From contig CM074821.1 in assembly GCA_037447605.1 (NCBI GenBank), positions 1,178,001 to 1,242,000 of the forward strand: a DNA stretch of 64,000 bases. The letters run 5' to 3'. The stretch comes from Zygnema circumcarinatum SAG 698-1b. Taxonomy: Eukaryota > Plantae > Zygnematophyceae. The position numbers were made by a program, and so were the translations under genes. Of this stretch, positions 1 through 12,237 are shown piece by piece. Each line of letters starts with the position of its first letter. Positions within the stretch are counted from its first letter, which is position 1. The notes under the pieces were generated by a model that saw only the letters and a program-made list of their open reading frames with translations, made no database searches and was not told the DNA's origin.

Positions 1-675
1 AGCAACAGTACAACCATTTTAATAAACTAGAAATTATACTTTGAGTGAAAAAATGCGCATGCAACTAAAGGCGCATGGGGGTAGGGGTGGGGGTGGGAGT
101 AGGGGAGAGGGCAGCTATTGGGGTTGAAGGAGGCGAAAGGAATCGTCTTTTGTTTCTGGTTGTTTGGTTTTTATTTTATTTTTATTTTTTCCGGGACATG
201 GAACCAGTGTCCAGCCTGTTTGCTTTCGGCCCAAGAGTGTGAACGATACTTCAAAACTGTGACTAGGATATAGCAGGAACTTAAAGCCCCCAATTGGTCC
301 AAAGCACAGCCAACAATGTGTGAACTGAATGGTGTTTAAAACTTTTATGGCAATATGAGTTTTGTAACTCGCTACTGTATTGAATTTTGGAGTTTTGACC
401 TTCTGGGTTACCTCAAAACTCATAAACTCCTCTCCCCCTTCCCTCCCCTCCCCCTCTCTCTTCTTTGGAAGCAGACTCCCTCTTTGCTACTCTCCTCGGG
501 CTGCTTCTCATTTTTCGCATGAACCTCAGCTATTCGGTCTGACCCCTGCCCTTCTCTTTCACAAACTCTAGACCCTCTTGCTGCTCCCTCTTTTTGCTGC
601 AATCGGAATGTCTTTATCGTAAATCTTTACTCGTACTTTTTGTAAGACCGACGAGTTCTGCATGTGAGGGAGCAG

Positions 676-2741
676 CGGTACTGGGAGGGACGCACTATGG
701 TAGCTCAGCTGAGGTGGGTCAGACCAGATACCTCCCTAACGCGCTAACTCGCATCTTCTATTCTTCAATTCTATTATGAATCAAAGGGCTCACAGCGAGG
801 TTTGAACCTTAGTCTTAACATGGCTGTGATGGCTCCGAGGAGACAGGGAAAGATACGTCCTTTTTAATCTCACTATCTCTGTTTGTTTGTTTGTTTGTTT
901 TTTTTGCTCATGGAACTGCTGAGGTTAACAGCACGAAGTGGGCAGATGCCGCCATTCAGGTAACGACCTCTCTCATCTTTTTGCCTGCATTGCAGAGGGA
1001 GAAACGCAGAGGCTTACCGGGTATACTTGTGGAGGAAAGACGAGCGTAGATTTTAAGGGTCTTCACGTTTACGAGTTATAGATTTTGGGGACTTTTCAAA
1101 TTCGACTATGTCATGTGTTGGTGTTTCGTACAGTCGCATTTTGGAATTTTTCGAGATGAAAGAGAAGAGTATGTGGAAAGTGCAGGTGCTGTCATTCGAT
1201 GAGGCTGCAAAGGAGCCGGCGATTCCCGGAGGGACGCAATTTCGTGCGGAGTTTGTTCACACGATGAGTCTCATGCATGCACTCGCTATGCAGGTGAGAT
1301 ATAAGCAGAGATCTAGGTATCTTTTCAAACTCTAAAAGCCATGGTTAGGTTGTTGGAAAGCACTTTTTAAAAGACAGTGAACAAGGAAACAAATCGTGAA
1401 CACTTCAGTAGTATTTTGCGTCTTAATGAAGGAGAGAGAAACGAGGGCGGTCGTGACCTGAAAGCCGTAAGATCTTATCTTTAGGAGCTTCAATGCATTG
1501 ACAGATGAAGAGGAGAGAAATTCATACATTTGTTTGAAGGCAGTTTGGATGGGAGGGTGCTTCATGCAGAGACTTCGTGGAGATTTTGACCTCTCAAATC
1601 TCACATATGGTAAGCCCATATAGCCACACATGCATGTACAACTCTACATTTCTGTTTCTATTTCTTGAGACGCGCGTGTCCTTGAGGCAGGCAAAGGCCC
1701 TTACTTGCCTAATGGAACTGCAAGTGGTGGAGTTCAGCATCCTTTTCTGATATTCCGGACCCCCCCCCTGTGGATTCTGCTCAAATCGCTGAGTGGCTTA
1801 AGGTCCGAGGAATGAAGTGAGTAAAACTTTCCTTCCGTTATAAGACTTCCCTTCATTCAATAAGGATTTCAGGGCAGATGCCACAGCATACGAACTAGCA
1901 GGACGATAAAAGGTTGAGGCATAACACTAATAGGTAGTACCTAAACGTGGAAACTACAAAGCAATAAAGGTGCATCATTCGTGCTTTGTTTATCTGCATA
2001 GTCATGTAAGGAATCATGTTTACTGTTTGTAGTAATTGGTTAGTTTTAACCACTAGCATTAGTTTTCTTTCTACCGACCTGCGAGTAGTGAATTACAAGC
2101 AGCAAAGCGAAACGAAAAATGGCACTGTCATAGACTTGAACGCTCCCTCGCAAACTCTGATTTTTGACTTTCCTTAAATTACCAATTCAAAACTTAGAAA
2201 CCCTAAGGCCTCCCACCACCCTGGAAACACCCTCCCTCCCTCCCTCCCTCCCTCCCTTCCTTCCTCCTCCCTCGTAGACATGTCCAAATATGAAGACGGG
2301 GATACATGTGTGGGAAAGGGCAGATCATATGTGGTTCTGCGAATGAAGGATCATCATTATGAAAAGTACTTTCGGAGCCTTCCCCTTCCTGTCATCGGAG
2401 GCATCAATCCCACCGAACTCTCCATTCTCTCCTCTTCGGAACAGGAGGCAGTGTTTCTGCTCTTCTGTTGGCTGCATCGCCTCATAGTGGAGCGCCGAAT
2501 GGCGGGGGGAATCCGGGAAGATGCTCCCATTGTTTCTCGCATTCATCAAGTGCTTTCAGGTTCAGCTTCTCTCGCATTCTTCATCAATCCATTGCTTGAA
2601 ATTTGAGGAAAAGTACTTAGCAGGAACAAGCCGCTAAGGTCTCAAGATGCTGAAACTCTGGGAAGGTGTGAGGAAATATGTAAGCCTGGGATTTATTAGA
2701 TCGTATGCAGAGCCTCACGAGGGTCTAGTGCTCATATCGAA

Positions 2742-2790
<49 letters not shown>

Positions 2791-4260
2791 NNNNNNNNNN
2801 CTCTCCCTCTCCCTCTATCCCTCTGCCTTGTCTTTCTTTCTTCTCTCCTCCCCCTTTTCCTCATCTCCGCTGTCACTCGTCCCTTTCTCTCATCGTTTTC
2901 GACCCTCTCTCTCCCTCCCTTTCTCTTCCCCACCTCATGTCCTTCTCACTCCCTCCTCCCTTCCCCTTTCCCCTTCTCCCCCACCTCTCGCTTTCCTCTC
3001 CCTCTGGCCCCCCTCTCTTCTCTCTTCTCCTCTCTCCCCCCATCTGCTTCCCTGAGCAGACGGCATGTTGGGGTACGAGAACGCCCGGAAGCTGTGCGAC
3101 ACTCCGTTCCCATTTCCGTACGCACAGGGAGTGGCCCTCCTCCTCCATCTCAATGCGGTGGGGTTGCCTGTTCTCATGGCGGACTATGTGGGGCAGACTT
3201 GGCTCTGTGTGGTGGCTACTTTCTTCGCCATTATGGCCTTCTACCTCATAAACGAGGTCAGCTCCTTGCCCCAAAAAGCAGGCAGACTATGGCTCCTCAT
3301 AGTCAGGATAGTGTAGAAGTTGGAGCACACTGAATGCAGAGACGTGGGAAGGCTGAACAAACCAAACCAATAGCTTAGAAACCAGATTGTAGCCCAATAC
3401 AAAGAGAGTCTCGATACTCAGTTTGCAATACCCACTTATTGGATATGCTCCTGCTAAAACCCACTTCTGGTTTTTACTCATTCGGCGAAACCCACTTCCT
3501 GTTCACACTCGTTCTACGAAACCCATTTCTCCTTTCTCCTCGTTCTGCTGAACCCATTTCCCACTTTTTGTTTTAACCGTCTGCATTGCAGGTGGCGAGG
3601 GAGATAGAAGAGCCGTTCAAGTTTGATCCCAACGAGCTGCCGGTGGCCCACTACCAGTTCAAGTTCAACGCTCGCCTCGTGACAGCGTTCGTGAAGAGCC
3701 TCATCCCCGAGGGGGGACTCTTCTCCCACATCAACAGCAAGGAGATAAAGGCGATGATCTCTCGCAACCGGCCCATCACCGTCTGTAAAGGCCCCGAGAG
3801 TCCCAGCAGCTCCTCTGAGTCCCAACCTCCAATGCTGAAGCCTCTGAGGAGACCCACTTTGCCAGGCAGCGCGAGCCTTGAGAGGTAAGAGCCGAATGAA
3901 CCATTGGGGGCTTGTTAGGGACTTTACATTACATTCCATTACAGGTTAGTCATCGCCTGGGGTGAAGAAAAAAGAAGAAAGATGAAAGCCTCTAAACCGT
4001 TTTGAAAATGGAAAAGTATCCGAAGAAGCCGGAAAAGCCCAAGCAGGCAGAGTTCAATTTGCGGAGTTGCTGCTAAAGTAGAAGCTGGACGCTGCCGTCA
4101 GCTATGTAGATGCTAACGTAGAATGGGCAATTGGGACAGAACACGCATGCAGTTGCTGACGTCATTAATACACTTGCTGATAACAACCCTATGTTTGCGG
4201 ACTGTTATGTTGTTCCTCAGGTCGAGCCGCCCGAGCTCTCCTCTTGCGAAGCGCTCATGA
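676..4260 (+). CDS. Bestrophin-family (UPF0187-like) anion channel, multi-exon; 5' end not resolved
   Basis: Exons with GT/AG ends encode RYWEGR (676-693), FRAEFVHTMSLMHALAMQ|RLRGDFDLSNL, LPVIGG...APIVSRIHQVLSG, MLGYENARKLCDTPFPFPYAQ and EIEEPFKFDPNELP (3591-3884); probable last exon 4221-4260. Confidence 0.8.
2746..2790. repeat. (CT)n microsatellite in bestrophin intron, ending at an N gap
   Basis: Directly visible. Confidence 0.95.
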
Positions 4261-4499
4261 GCTGCCAAGTGGCTATGTGGGCACGGACTGGTGTCCATCA
4301 TGATGATGATAAAATGTAAAGGTAAGTCAATTAGGTTGGAGCCGGTGTATACCTTCAATCCTTTGGCAGGTAGGGCTCATTCCGGCTCTGGGGGGGGGGC
4401 ATCAAATTGCTAGCAATAGCGCCTAATAGGCGCAAAAGATATCCATTTTTTGTATTTGAGGTGTAGCTGTGTGACGATGCCCGTGTATGTAGCAACTCT

Positions 4500-4635
4500 A
4501 TTTATTCGTTGTAGGCGTCTAGGCCCATTCGATAGGAGATTGGAGAACTGCGTTGAAGGCATACCCTAGGAAAAAGTCCCATTTATTCGTTGTAGGCGAC
4601 TAGGCCCATTCGATAAAGACATACCCTAGGAAAAA
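4500..4635. repeat. Imperfect tandem duplication (81-bp unit plus internally deleted copy)
   Basis: atttattcgttgtaggcg(t/a)ctaggcccattcgata at 4500 and 4581; cataccctaggaaaaa at 4560 and 4620. Confidence 0.9.
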
Positions 4636-5014
4636 TTATTGACCCGACTTGACTAGTCTATGCCGGCTGTAGCTGCTAAGGACTCCTAAGCCGAGTGAGC
4701 TGAGCCGAGGTGGGCATAGACCAGGTTGTATTTATCTGTAAGCTTCAATGTACTTTGATTTTGTGAGGAGGAAATAGATTTTGATTCTCCGTCGATCCAT
4801 TTACATTTATCTGAAACTCAGAATAAAGTTGGGAAGGGAGTGAGGGAGAGGTATTCAAAAGACAAGTTGTGCTCATTTACAAGAGGGTGCATCAAATGTT
4901 ACAACAAAAAGAATCACTCAATTCTACTGCTGGTCTCAGCATTCACTCATACTTGTCATCTCAACGAAGGGCCTTGTTCAAGCCTCTACTTCTGCTTCTA
5001 TCTCGACTCCCCCT

Positions 5015-6619
5015 TCACCTTATGGTCGAATACATGGTGAATTCGAGGGTGCTGAAATGCGGCAAAGCGGTGACCCTCCCTTCAGACCTGCCCCCATAGA
5101 GGACGATCTCAACGCATGAAAACACAGCTCAAAAGCATCACACTACTCAAAACTGCTTATGCAGTGCTTCTGATGCAATTATGATGCAATCATGGCTGAA
5201 AAAATGCAAACAGCTCCACATTGAACATAGAAGAAGCTGTCTCTAAATTGAGAATAATATGCAACTGCCAAAGACTCACTGCTTTGGGCCGTAAATGTTT
5301 ATTTGTCGGATATGGGTGTCTCGGCCATTCTGATGGTTGGAGAGCACCGCCAGCTGTACAAAATAAGCGCGTAAATCTTCTCTGCAGTCAATCACCAAAC
5401 CTAAAATTCATCGTTAGCATTTTCTCTGTGATGCCAAACTGCTGCATTGAAGTTTGACTGCAGCAGAGTAAGGATTGACCATCAGGAACGGCCTGAAGTT
5501 CTCTTACCCAGAGTCTCTGTCATGCAGAGGGATGTGCACCCAGCCACTTGGTTCATTGATCTCTATCACCTTCAATTCCTGAAAAGAAGGCGCACGACAA
5601 GCTGTGTATGGTCAGCACTTCCTCCTCGAGTCGTGCGTGGTGCCCTCACTCATCTCCGCTCTCTCCCTTCTCTCTCCTCCACCCTCTCTTATACACTTGA
5701 TTCGCTATGCCCCATCCTTTCTCTTCTCCCGCCTCACCTTGTCCATTCCCTTGACTTTCCTCCCACCTCCTCCCTCCACTCCTCTCATCTTCATCATTTA
5801 CAAGAAGCATCTGTCTAACTGATAGGTGTTCCAGGTTACGCAAGCTCACCCGCAAATCGTGAAAAGAATTGCCCGCTCGAATTGAGATGCGCTGCGGTGT
5901 ATAACTTTCATCTAGCTTTATATCTGTGTACAATGATACTTGCTGCTCTATCCCCGCCAGCCTTCCCACACAGTTCCTTCAGCCTTCTTCAAGTGTTCAA
6001 AAAATAAACAATTGACGCTTTAAAGAATGATTTCTTGCGACCATACTCTTGAACGCGTCCATGCTACTAGAAACTAAGAAACTGACCTGCAATCGCACTT
6101 TCTTTTGGAACTGAATGTTCACAAGGTGAGGCTGGGCTCCATCAGATCTGCAACGACAACAAATGGTACATCATAGTAACTGAGTGAAACTTGACTGGAA
6201 CTACATAAGCTATGTTCAAATCCTCAGCAGAAGAAAGCACACGTAAACAAGAACAGACCAATCGCGATTATTGGTCAGAAAAGTGAGACAATGTCAAAAC
6301 ACCTGTCATCCGGATGCAGCCTTGTAACATGCAACATCCGCTAATGCTGCATTACATGACAGTAATGCATCGGGAGGGGCAAGCCGTTCAGAGGCAGGGG
6401 CAGAAGCAGGAGCAGGAGCAGCAGCAGCACCCACTGCCAGAAGGTCTTGGTGCTCCCGTCCCGCAGCAGCTCCACGCCGTTCCCGGGCTTGGCCGTGCTC
6501 ACGCTCCACACGGCCAGCCGCCCCATCTCGCGCCGCTCCTCGCCCCCCCGCGTCCCCTCCTCGCCCGCGCTCGCCCCCTCTCCGCCGTCGTCCGCGCCGC
6601 TCCTCCGCATGTCCGCCAT
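5015..6619 (-). CDS. APC10: Anaphase-promoting complex subunit 10 (DOC domain), multi-exon
   Basis: Spliced exons give [105 protein letters not shown]. Confidence 0.95.
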
Positions 6620-7305
6620 GGCTCCCTCCCTCCTCTCCTACGCCGCCTCCTGCTCCATCCCCTTGCACGACCGCCATTGCAGAAAAAGCAGGTGGTTCAA
6701 AATAGTCAGTGGTAACTAGTAACTAATGACTACAGACATGGTGCAGTTAGCATGTCGAATCGCTGAACAAATGACTAGACTAGTGACTAACTGGCTTGGC
6801 CAAGTTCGGTTCTGGCCATCTTGTCAGATAATCTATGGTTTGCAGTAACCATTTCCAATGGCATGCATGCTATGGCTCATGGGGGACTAGAACATTGTAC
6901 ACATTCAACAAGTTTAGGACATAGTGAGACATTGAACTTGTGCATCATACTAGTGTACAGATTGTGACGTCCCATGTTGATGCAATGTGTTATCTGTGTA
7001 CCTGTGTTCGCATGTTCAGTCGGCTCTTAGGGTCGTGTGTCCCATGAAGTGTTCGTTGCTGCCCTTGTTTGCACGTCGGTGTTGCCGCGCCCTGCCATCG
7101 CGAGGTCTGAATTAAAGTGCTTATTTGAGTGGGTGGTGTTAGGCTGAAGGGATTTGGCGTTGACCTCACGATGGCGATGATGATGATGATGTATACCAAA
7201 AGTTGTGCTAGCGAGGCCGAGGCGCCCTCCCATTGGCTCTCACATGGAAGCTGGTGACAATTGAAATGCCGGTTGGGCCCGCAACGCGCGGCGGAGGGAG
7301 AGGCC

Positions 7306-7400
7306 GGCATGGCATGGCATGGCATGGCATGGCACATTGCATGGCATGGCATGGCATGGCAGGGCGTGGCATGGCCGGCATTATGGCATGGCAGGCATGG
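7306..7400. repeat. (GGCAT)n pentanucleotide microsatellite; reverse copy at 7735-7757
   Basis: Directly visible; explains the MAWHG/MPCHA pseudo-ORFs. Confidence 0.9.
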
Positions 7401-7910
7401 CACTTTGCTCATAAAGAACGAAATTCGAGAGGATATGCGTCCTTCAGCGGTGGCCTCCTCGCTTGCACGCTCCTTCGGCGAGGCGCAGACAAGTTGTTGG
7501 TGGCCGACCCGGTGGGCCTCCGCCTCTCCCTCCCTGGCGACCTTCGCGGCTGCGTCTAAGCAAGGGCCGGAAGCGTAGGTGAGCCTAGGCGTCGTTTTCC
7601 ACTAATAGACTTCTCTTGTCCTCAGGTCCTTCGTGACCAGTTCGTTCCTCGTGGTTCCCCATGATGATTTTGTCCACGCACATATTTGAGGGCATCGCCA
7701 TGTGTGGTGAGATCAATGCCACATCATTCTCTATGCCCATGCCATGCCATGCCATGCTGCGCCCATCCGGCCCTGTACGGACGGGAGGCGACACGCCCGC
7801 CGCCGCGACGTGGCGCGCGCCCCGCGATCCCGCCCGTTCGCCCACACGTGCGCCCGTAGGGAGACCGTACAAATAGCCCTCCCGGGCGGCCGGGCGGGCG
7901 GCAGGCCGAA

Positions 7911-8537
7911 TACCGTAAAACCGATTAAGTTGAAAATTTGAGCAACGAGTTTACTTAATTTCTTGATTCTCAATAATGTTATTATTGAACAGGGTTGAAC
8001 TTTCAACACGCGAGGTCGAAACTTTTTCGTTTTAAGAAAGCGAAAAGTCTTAAGAAAAAAGTTCAAAGACTCAATGTCATTCGGTCGCCCGTGTGGATTC
8101 CACTTTGGTTCATTAGGTTTCCTATTCTACTCCACGTTGGTTCCGTGCGATTCGAAGGATCCGGTTTACCCGGGGCCCATTTTTTTTCGTACAGCTCTCC
8201 CGGCGAGCCGATCAACAATTTTTGTACGAACAACCGGGTCTACGCGCTTTGCGATCCGCTAAAATCTCATTATTGATTGGTGGACCCAAGGAAAACAAAT
8301 TGAACACGAACGATAATTAATTGTTCTAAGGTCAATTGGTTCTCCATAAAAATTGCATTAATGGCCTCGCCATCGTGAGTTCAATGAAATTTTCCCTGGT
8401 TGCATTGAGAAAAAAATTTAGAATTCATTTCTCACTCCTCAAAATGAATCGAAGGTTTTTTTTGAGAAACTGGTTTTGAACGTTTCTTTTTTTTGAGAAG
8501 CCATTTTTTTTTTCTCAGCCTGTACGGTTTTACGGTA
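7911..8537. mobile_element. Possible non-autonomous element bounded by a 13-bp inverted repeat
   Basis: taccgtaaaaccg (7911-7923) is the reverse complement of cggttttacggta (8525-8537); AT-rich non-coding interior; no TSD seen. Confidence 0.35.
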
Positions 8538-8870
8538 AGTCCGAGAAATTCCGCGACCCTTGGCGGGGGTGCCCGTACAGATTCTGTACGGTCAATGGAC
8601 CGACGCGGCCATGTGTCCGTACGTTCGTATTACCGTACGGTTGCGTCGCCTGAACCGCCGCATGTCCCGGCGACCGCCACGTGGCGCCGACTAGGGGACC
8701 GTGCGACGGCCTGCGACGTCGCATTGCGTTTCAGGTCCGTGCGACTCGGCCAGTCGCGCGGGCAGATAGAAATGTTTTCAGAGCCTGCCCGTATTTTTTG
8801 TTCCAGGAAATTTGGAAGGGAGCAGAGGGGGGAGATGGAGAGAGAGAGGGAGAGGGAAGCTCGGCAAGCC

Positions 8871-11800
8871 ATGGCAGCCATGGAGGTGCTGGACTGGAGG
8901 AAGTTCTTGGCGGCGTCAGGGGAGGACATATGGACCGTGGTGCAAAAGTCTATAGCCATAGCTCTGGAGGACAGGCCGGAGGAGGTGCGGCAGAGGAGGG
9001 AGGCCATCACGGAGCAGCTCTATGCGCCTCAGTTCAGCAGTAGGGTAGGACGGGAGAGTCCGCCGGGAAGTCACGAGGAAACTTCGCGGGGGAGGAATGG
9101 CGCCAGCTTGTCAAGTGCTCTGGAGAGTCCTGATGAGGTGGGGAGGGGGATGGGAGGGGAGGAGAGAGAGAGGAAGGAGGAGGGCGGGGTGGGAGGAAGG
9201 GAGAGGGAGGGGGAGGAGGAGAATGTGGAGTATGTGGAGCGAGAAGGAGGGCTGAAGGATGAGGTGGATGCGCTTGCGGAAGATATGGAGGAGGAGGAGA
9301 GGCAGTTGGAGGAGTTATTCCGGCTCAAGCGGGAGATTCAAGCAGGAGGACTGGTAGGGGCTTGCTATAGTTTTGCCGCTCTCTGTACATGCAGCAAGCA
9401 GTGATTTTGCCTTTATTTAAGATCGTTTGACTTCTTTCTGGGCCAGACCTTCTATCGTGCTTAGTTTGAGTTGCTATGCCTGAGGTGTGTGGTGGTTTTG
9501 AGGTGTTTGGCTAACTTGTTGGAGGGGAAGGGGTCGGCTGCTCACTGGGGTTTGAAAGGGGCTTTGGCGGCAGACGGAGGCGCAGGCTTTGCGACTCATT
9601 GAGCAGCTTGAAGAGTTCAAAATGACTCTGGCAGCCATGCAGGTGTGCTTACATGATGATGGTGATGATGGAAAAATCATCAAATGACGATGATGATGAC
9701 GACGGCCTTGTCGACGATGATGCTAATGTTGGTCATTACGATGGTGATGGTCATGACCATCATGATGAGTTGACGGTCATGTTGATGATGCTAGTTATGG
9801 CATAATGATAGGGACGACTTCGGCAAGGATCATGGAAGTGATGCTAATGATGGTGGTGTGAACGACATTGTGATGCTGCCGATCCAGAGGGATATGCCGG
9901 TAGTGAAGACGGTAGAGAGGAGAGATTGGGAGATTTGACAATGGCATTCCGTGTGTTGAGTCCCTGCAGCGGACTCAGATTGGCTTGGCGGTGAAGCGGT
10001 TGGGTCAAAACCATTCGGCTCAATCAGTACGGATGAGGTGCAAGCAGCTTGTCAGGTGGGTCCTCCCTGAGTGTTTTGGACAGTGCGCGGAGATTTAGTA
10101 TTCTTTTGAATGCAGATATACAATCACAGCTGTGGCACCAACTTCGTTTGCCTTACCTCTATCTGTTTCTTGTAAACATTTTCTTTGCATGCACCAGTAT
10201 CGGGAGTGAGCTCTACGTTTAAGTCCATGGTGTATAATTTTTGTACGCTTGCTTCGAGAAGTAGCTGCGTTATTGAACTAGGGAAGTTGCGTGTGGTTTG
10301 AACACGTTGCACCTATGAGAATGAAGGTTGAACGTAGGCAGAGGCCTTCCTGTTCAACCTGTCCAGTCAGGGCTTCTTATTGGCTGACTATCTGCATGAA
10401 GGAATGGTGTCAAGAAGGGCGTTTCTCGACATTTTTTATCCAAATAACTTTGATGGAACTTCTGTGTGCAGGGTCTGGAAAGGCCTGGCCAATGACTGGA
10501 TTGACAGTGCTGCAAATACAGTGCTTGCTGGTGAGAGGAGTTCCGGCCCCTTCATGTAGTATATGTGTATTGAGAGCGGTATATGATTCGCCGAAGAAAG
10601 TACTATTGGAACGAAACTCAGCATGAATTTAAAGACTTTTGTCAAAGGGCATTGAAACGTCCCCTGAAACTTAAGTATTGTTTGAGCAACCTTTAAATCG
10701 AAAGCGGTGAATCCATCAAAGCCCCAGCTTTTGGGACCCGGTGAATTCCTTCGCGCTGGACCAAAGTTGTTAGTGACTTTGTGTATCTTAGCATTGTTTT
10801 GGTTTACTGAATCAAGTGTCTATGATTCCGTCAATCTGTCTATTCCTCCCTTTCCCTCGTCCTCCACATGCACCTGCCATGACTCTCCCTCCCTTCCCGC
10901 CTCGCACTTCCATTTTCTCCTCGTCTTGAGTTTGTTGCTGTCCTTCTTGGATTGCTTTTTTTCATTATTAGCTTTTGATTTTTGCAGAAGAGAGTGTTCC
11001 TCGTGGAGGAGAGGCTGGGGAAGAGGAGGCAGCTCTGCCTTCCCCTCCCATGGATGCTCAGGTCCTGCTTGCTGATCGAGACGACCTTGCATCGGATGAA
11101 ATGAGCAATGTAAGTCATTGCTTATTATGGGTGTGCAAAAATCCTGAAATTATATGAGCAGTAGCCCAGGTGGAGGCTGGAAAAGTTACATCTGGTGACA
11201 GATGAAGCATCTCAATTCTGCTTCAAAGTAGAGCTTTGGATGCCATACTATTCTGATGCCTTTGGTTGGGGCAGCTCAGTTATTGCGGGGCTTTGACAGA
11301 CTCGAAGAAGAGCTCTGTAAGTACACAGAAGCCATTTCTTTGTCGAATTCCCTTTAGCAAACAAAGATAAAAGCATGTATTGATAATGCTTATCGGTTTC
11401 GGTGATTTAGGTGTTCTCTTTTCAGAAATTGACTTCTTATTTGTGTTTGGATGCACAGCTGAACCGGAGGGAGGGACCAAGCGGCGTGCAAGTAACGTGA
11501 CCGAGCGAGCTATCAAGCATCCAGGCACGGAATTGAAGCGGGGAAGCTCAGTGGAGAGGACGCCTGTAGAGAGCAGGAGGGAGGAAGGGAGGAGGGAGGA
11601 AGGGAGGAGGGAGGTGAGGAGGGAGGGAGCAGGCAGGGATGAGCGGGTACAAAACATCTTGCGGAAAGACAGAGATGGGATGAAGCAAGGGGAGAAAGAA
11701 AGAGGGAAAGCCGTGGAGAAACGTGAAGAGAGGAGAATGTCCTCAGACAGTGCTGTCAGCCGAGAGAACAGTGCAGGGGACCTTAAGGCCCTGATCGATA

Positions 11801-12237
11801 AAGAGAGAGAGGTTAATGGAAGGGAGGGAAGCAGTAGAGGAATGGGAAAACCAGGAGTGTCTGGTAGAAGCAGTGTTAGGCCTGGTACACCGGAACCGCC
11901 ACACGGAGTGAGAGTTGCAGCTGAGAGTATGAAGCCTCTAAGTCGGGCCAGTGTGGAGGAGCAACTGGCTGTGGCGAAACGGAAAATGAAGGAGTGCTAT
12001 GTAGAGAAGGAGATGGGTAAGTAGTTTCCCACTTGCTCTGACTTCAATTTCCTTGTTCTGGGTGATGGGAGAAAGGGGGAGTGGTGGTTTGTTTCAGAAT
12101 GGAATGTCTCAGTGAGTGCTACTTGTCCTTTTGCAGCAAAGAGGCAGCGCGTGATTCAAGTGCTTGAGGGAGATGTGGGGAAGGGGCGGCCAAAACATAC
12201 TGTGGTGAAGGCACGCGGCTCAGCTGCAAGATGGTGA
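8871..12237 (+). CDS. MED26: Plant Mediator subunit 26-like protein (TFIIS N-terminal domain), multi-exon
   Basis: LDWRKFLAASGEDIWTVVQKSIAIA...RREAITEQLY N-terminus, central exons at ~9550-10055, LPSPPMD motif, C-terminal LAVAKRKMKECY...AKRQRVIQVL. Confidence 0.85.

Noticed and set aside
1740-1820. Apparent frameshift at a C9 run in a bestrophin exon
   Set aside because: An alternative donor (ttaag|gtccga) keeps the frame, so pseudogenisation is not supported.
6990-8066. Many overlapping ORFs rich in MAWHG/MPCHA
   Set aside because: Produced by (GGCAT)n repeats and GC-rich promoter DNA; no domain recognised.
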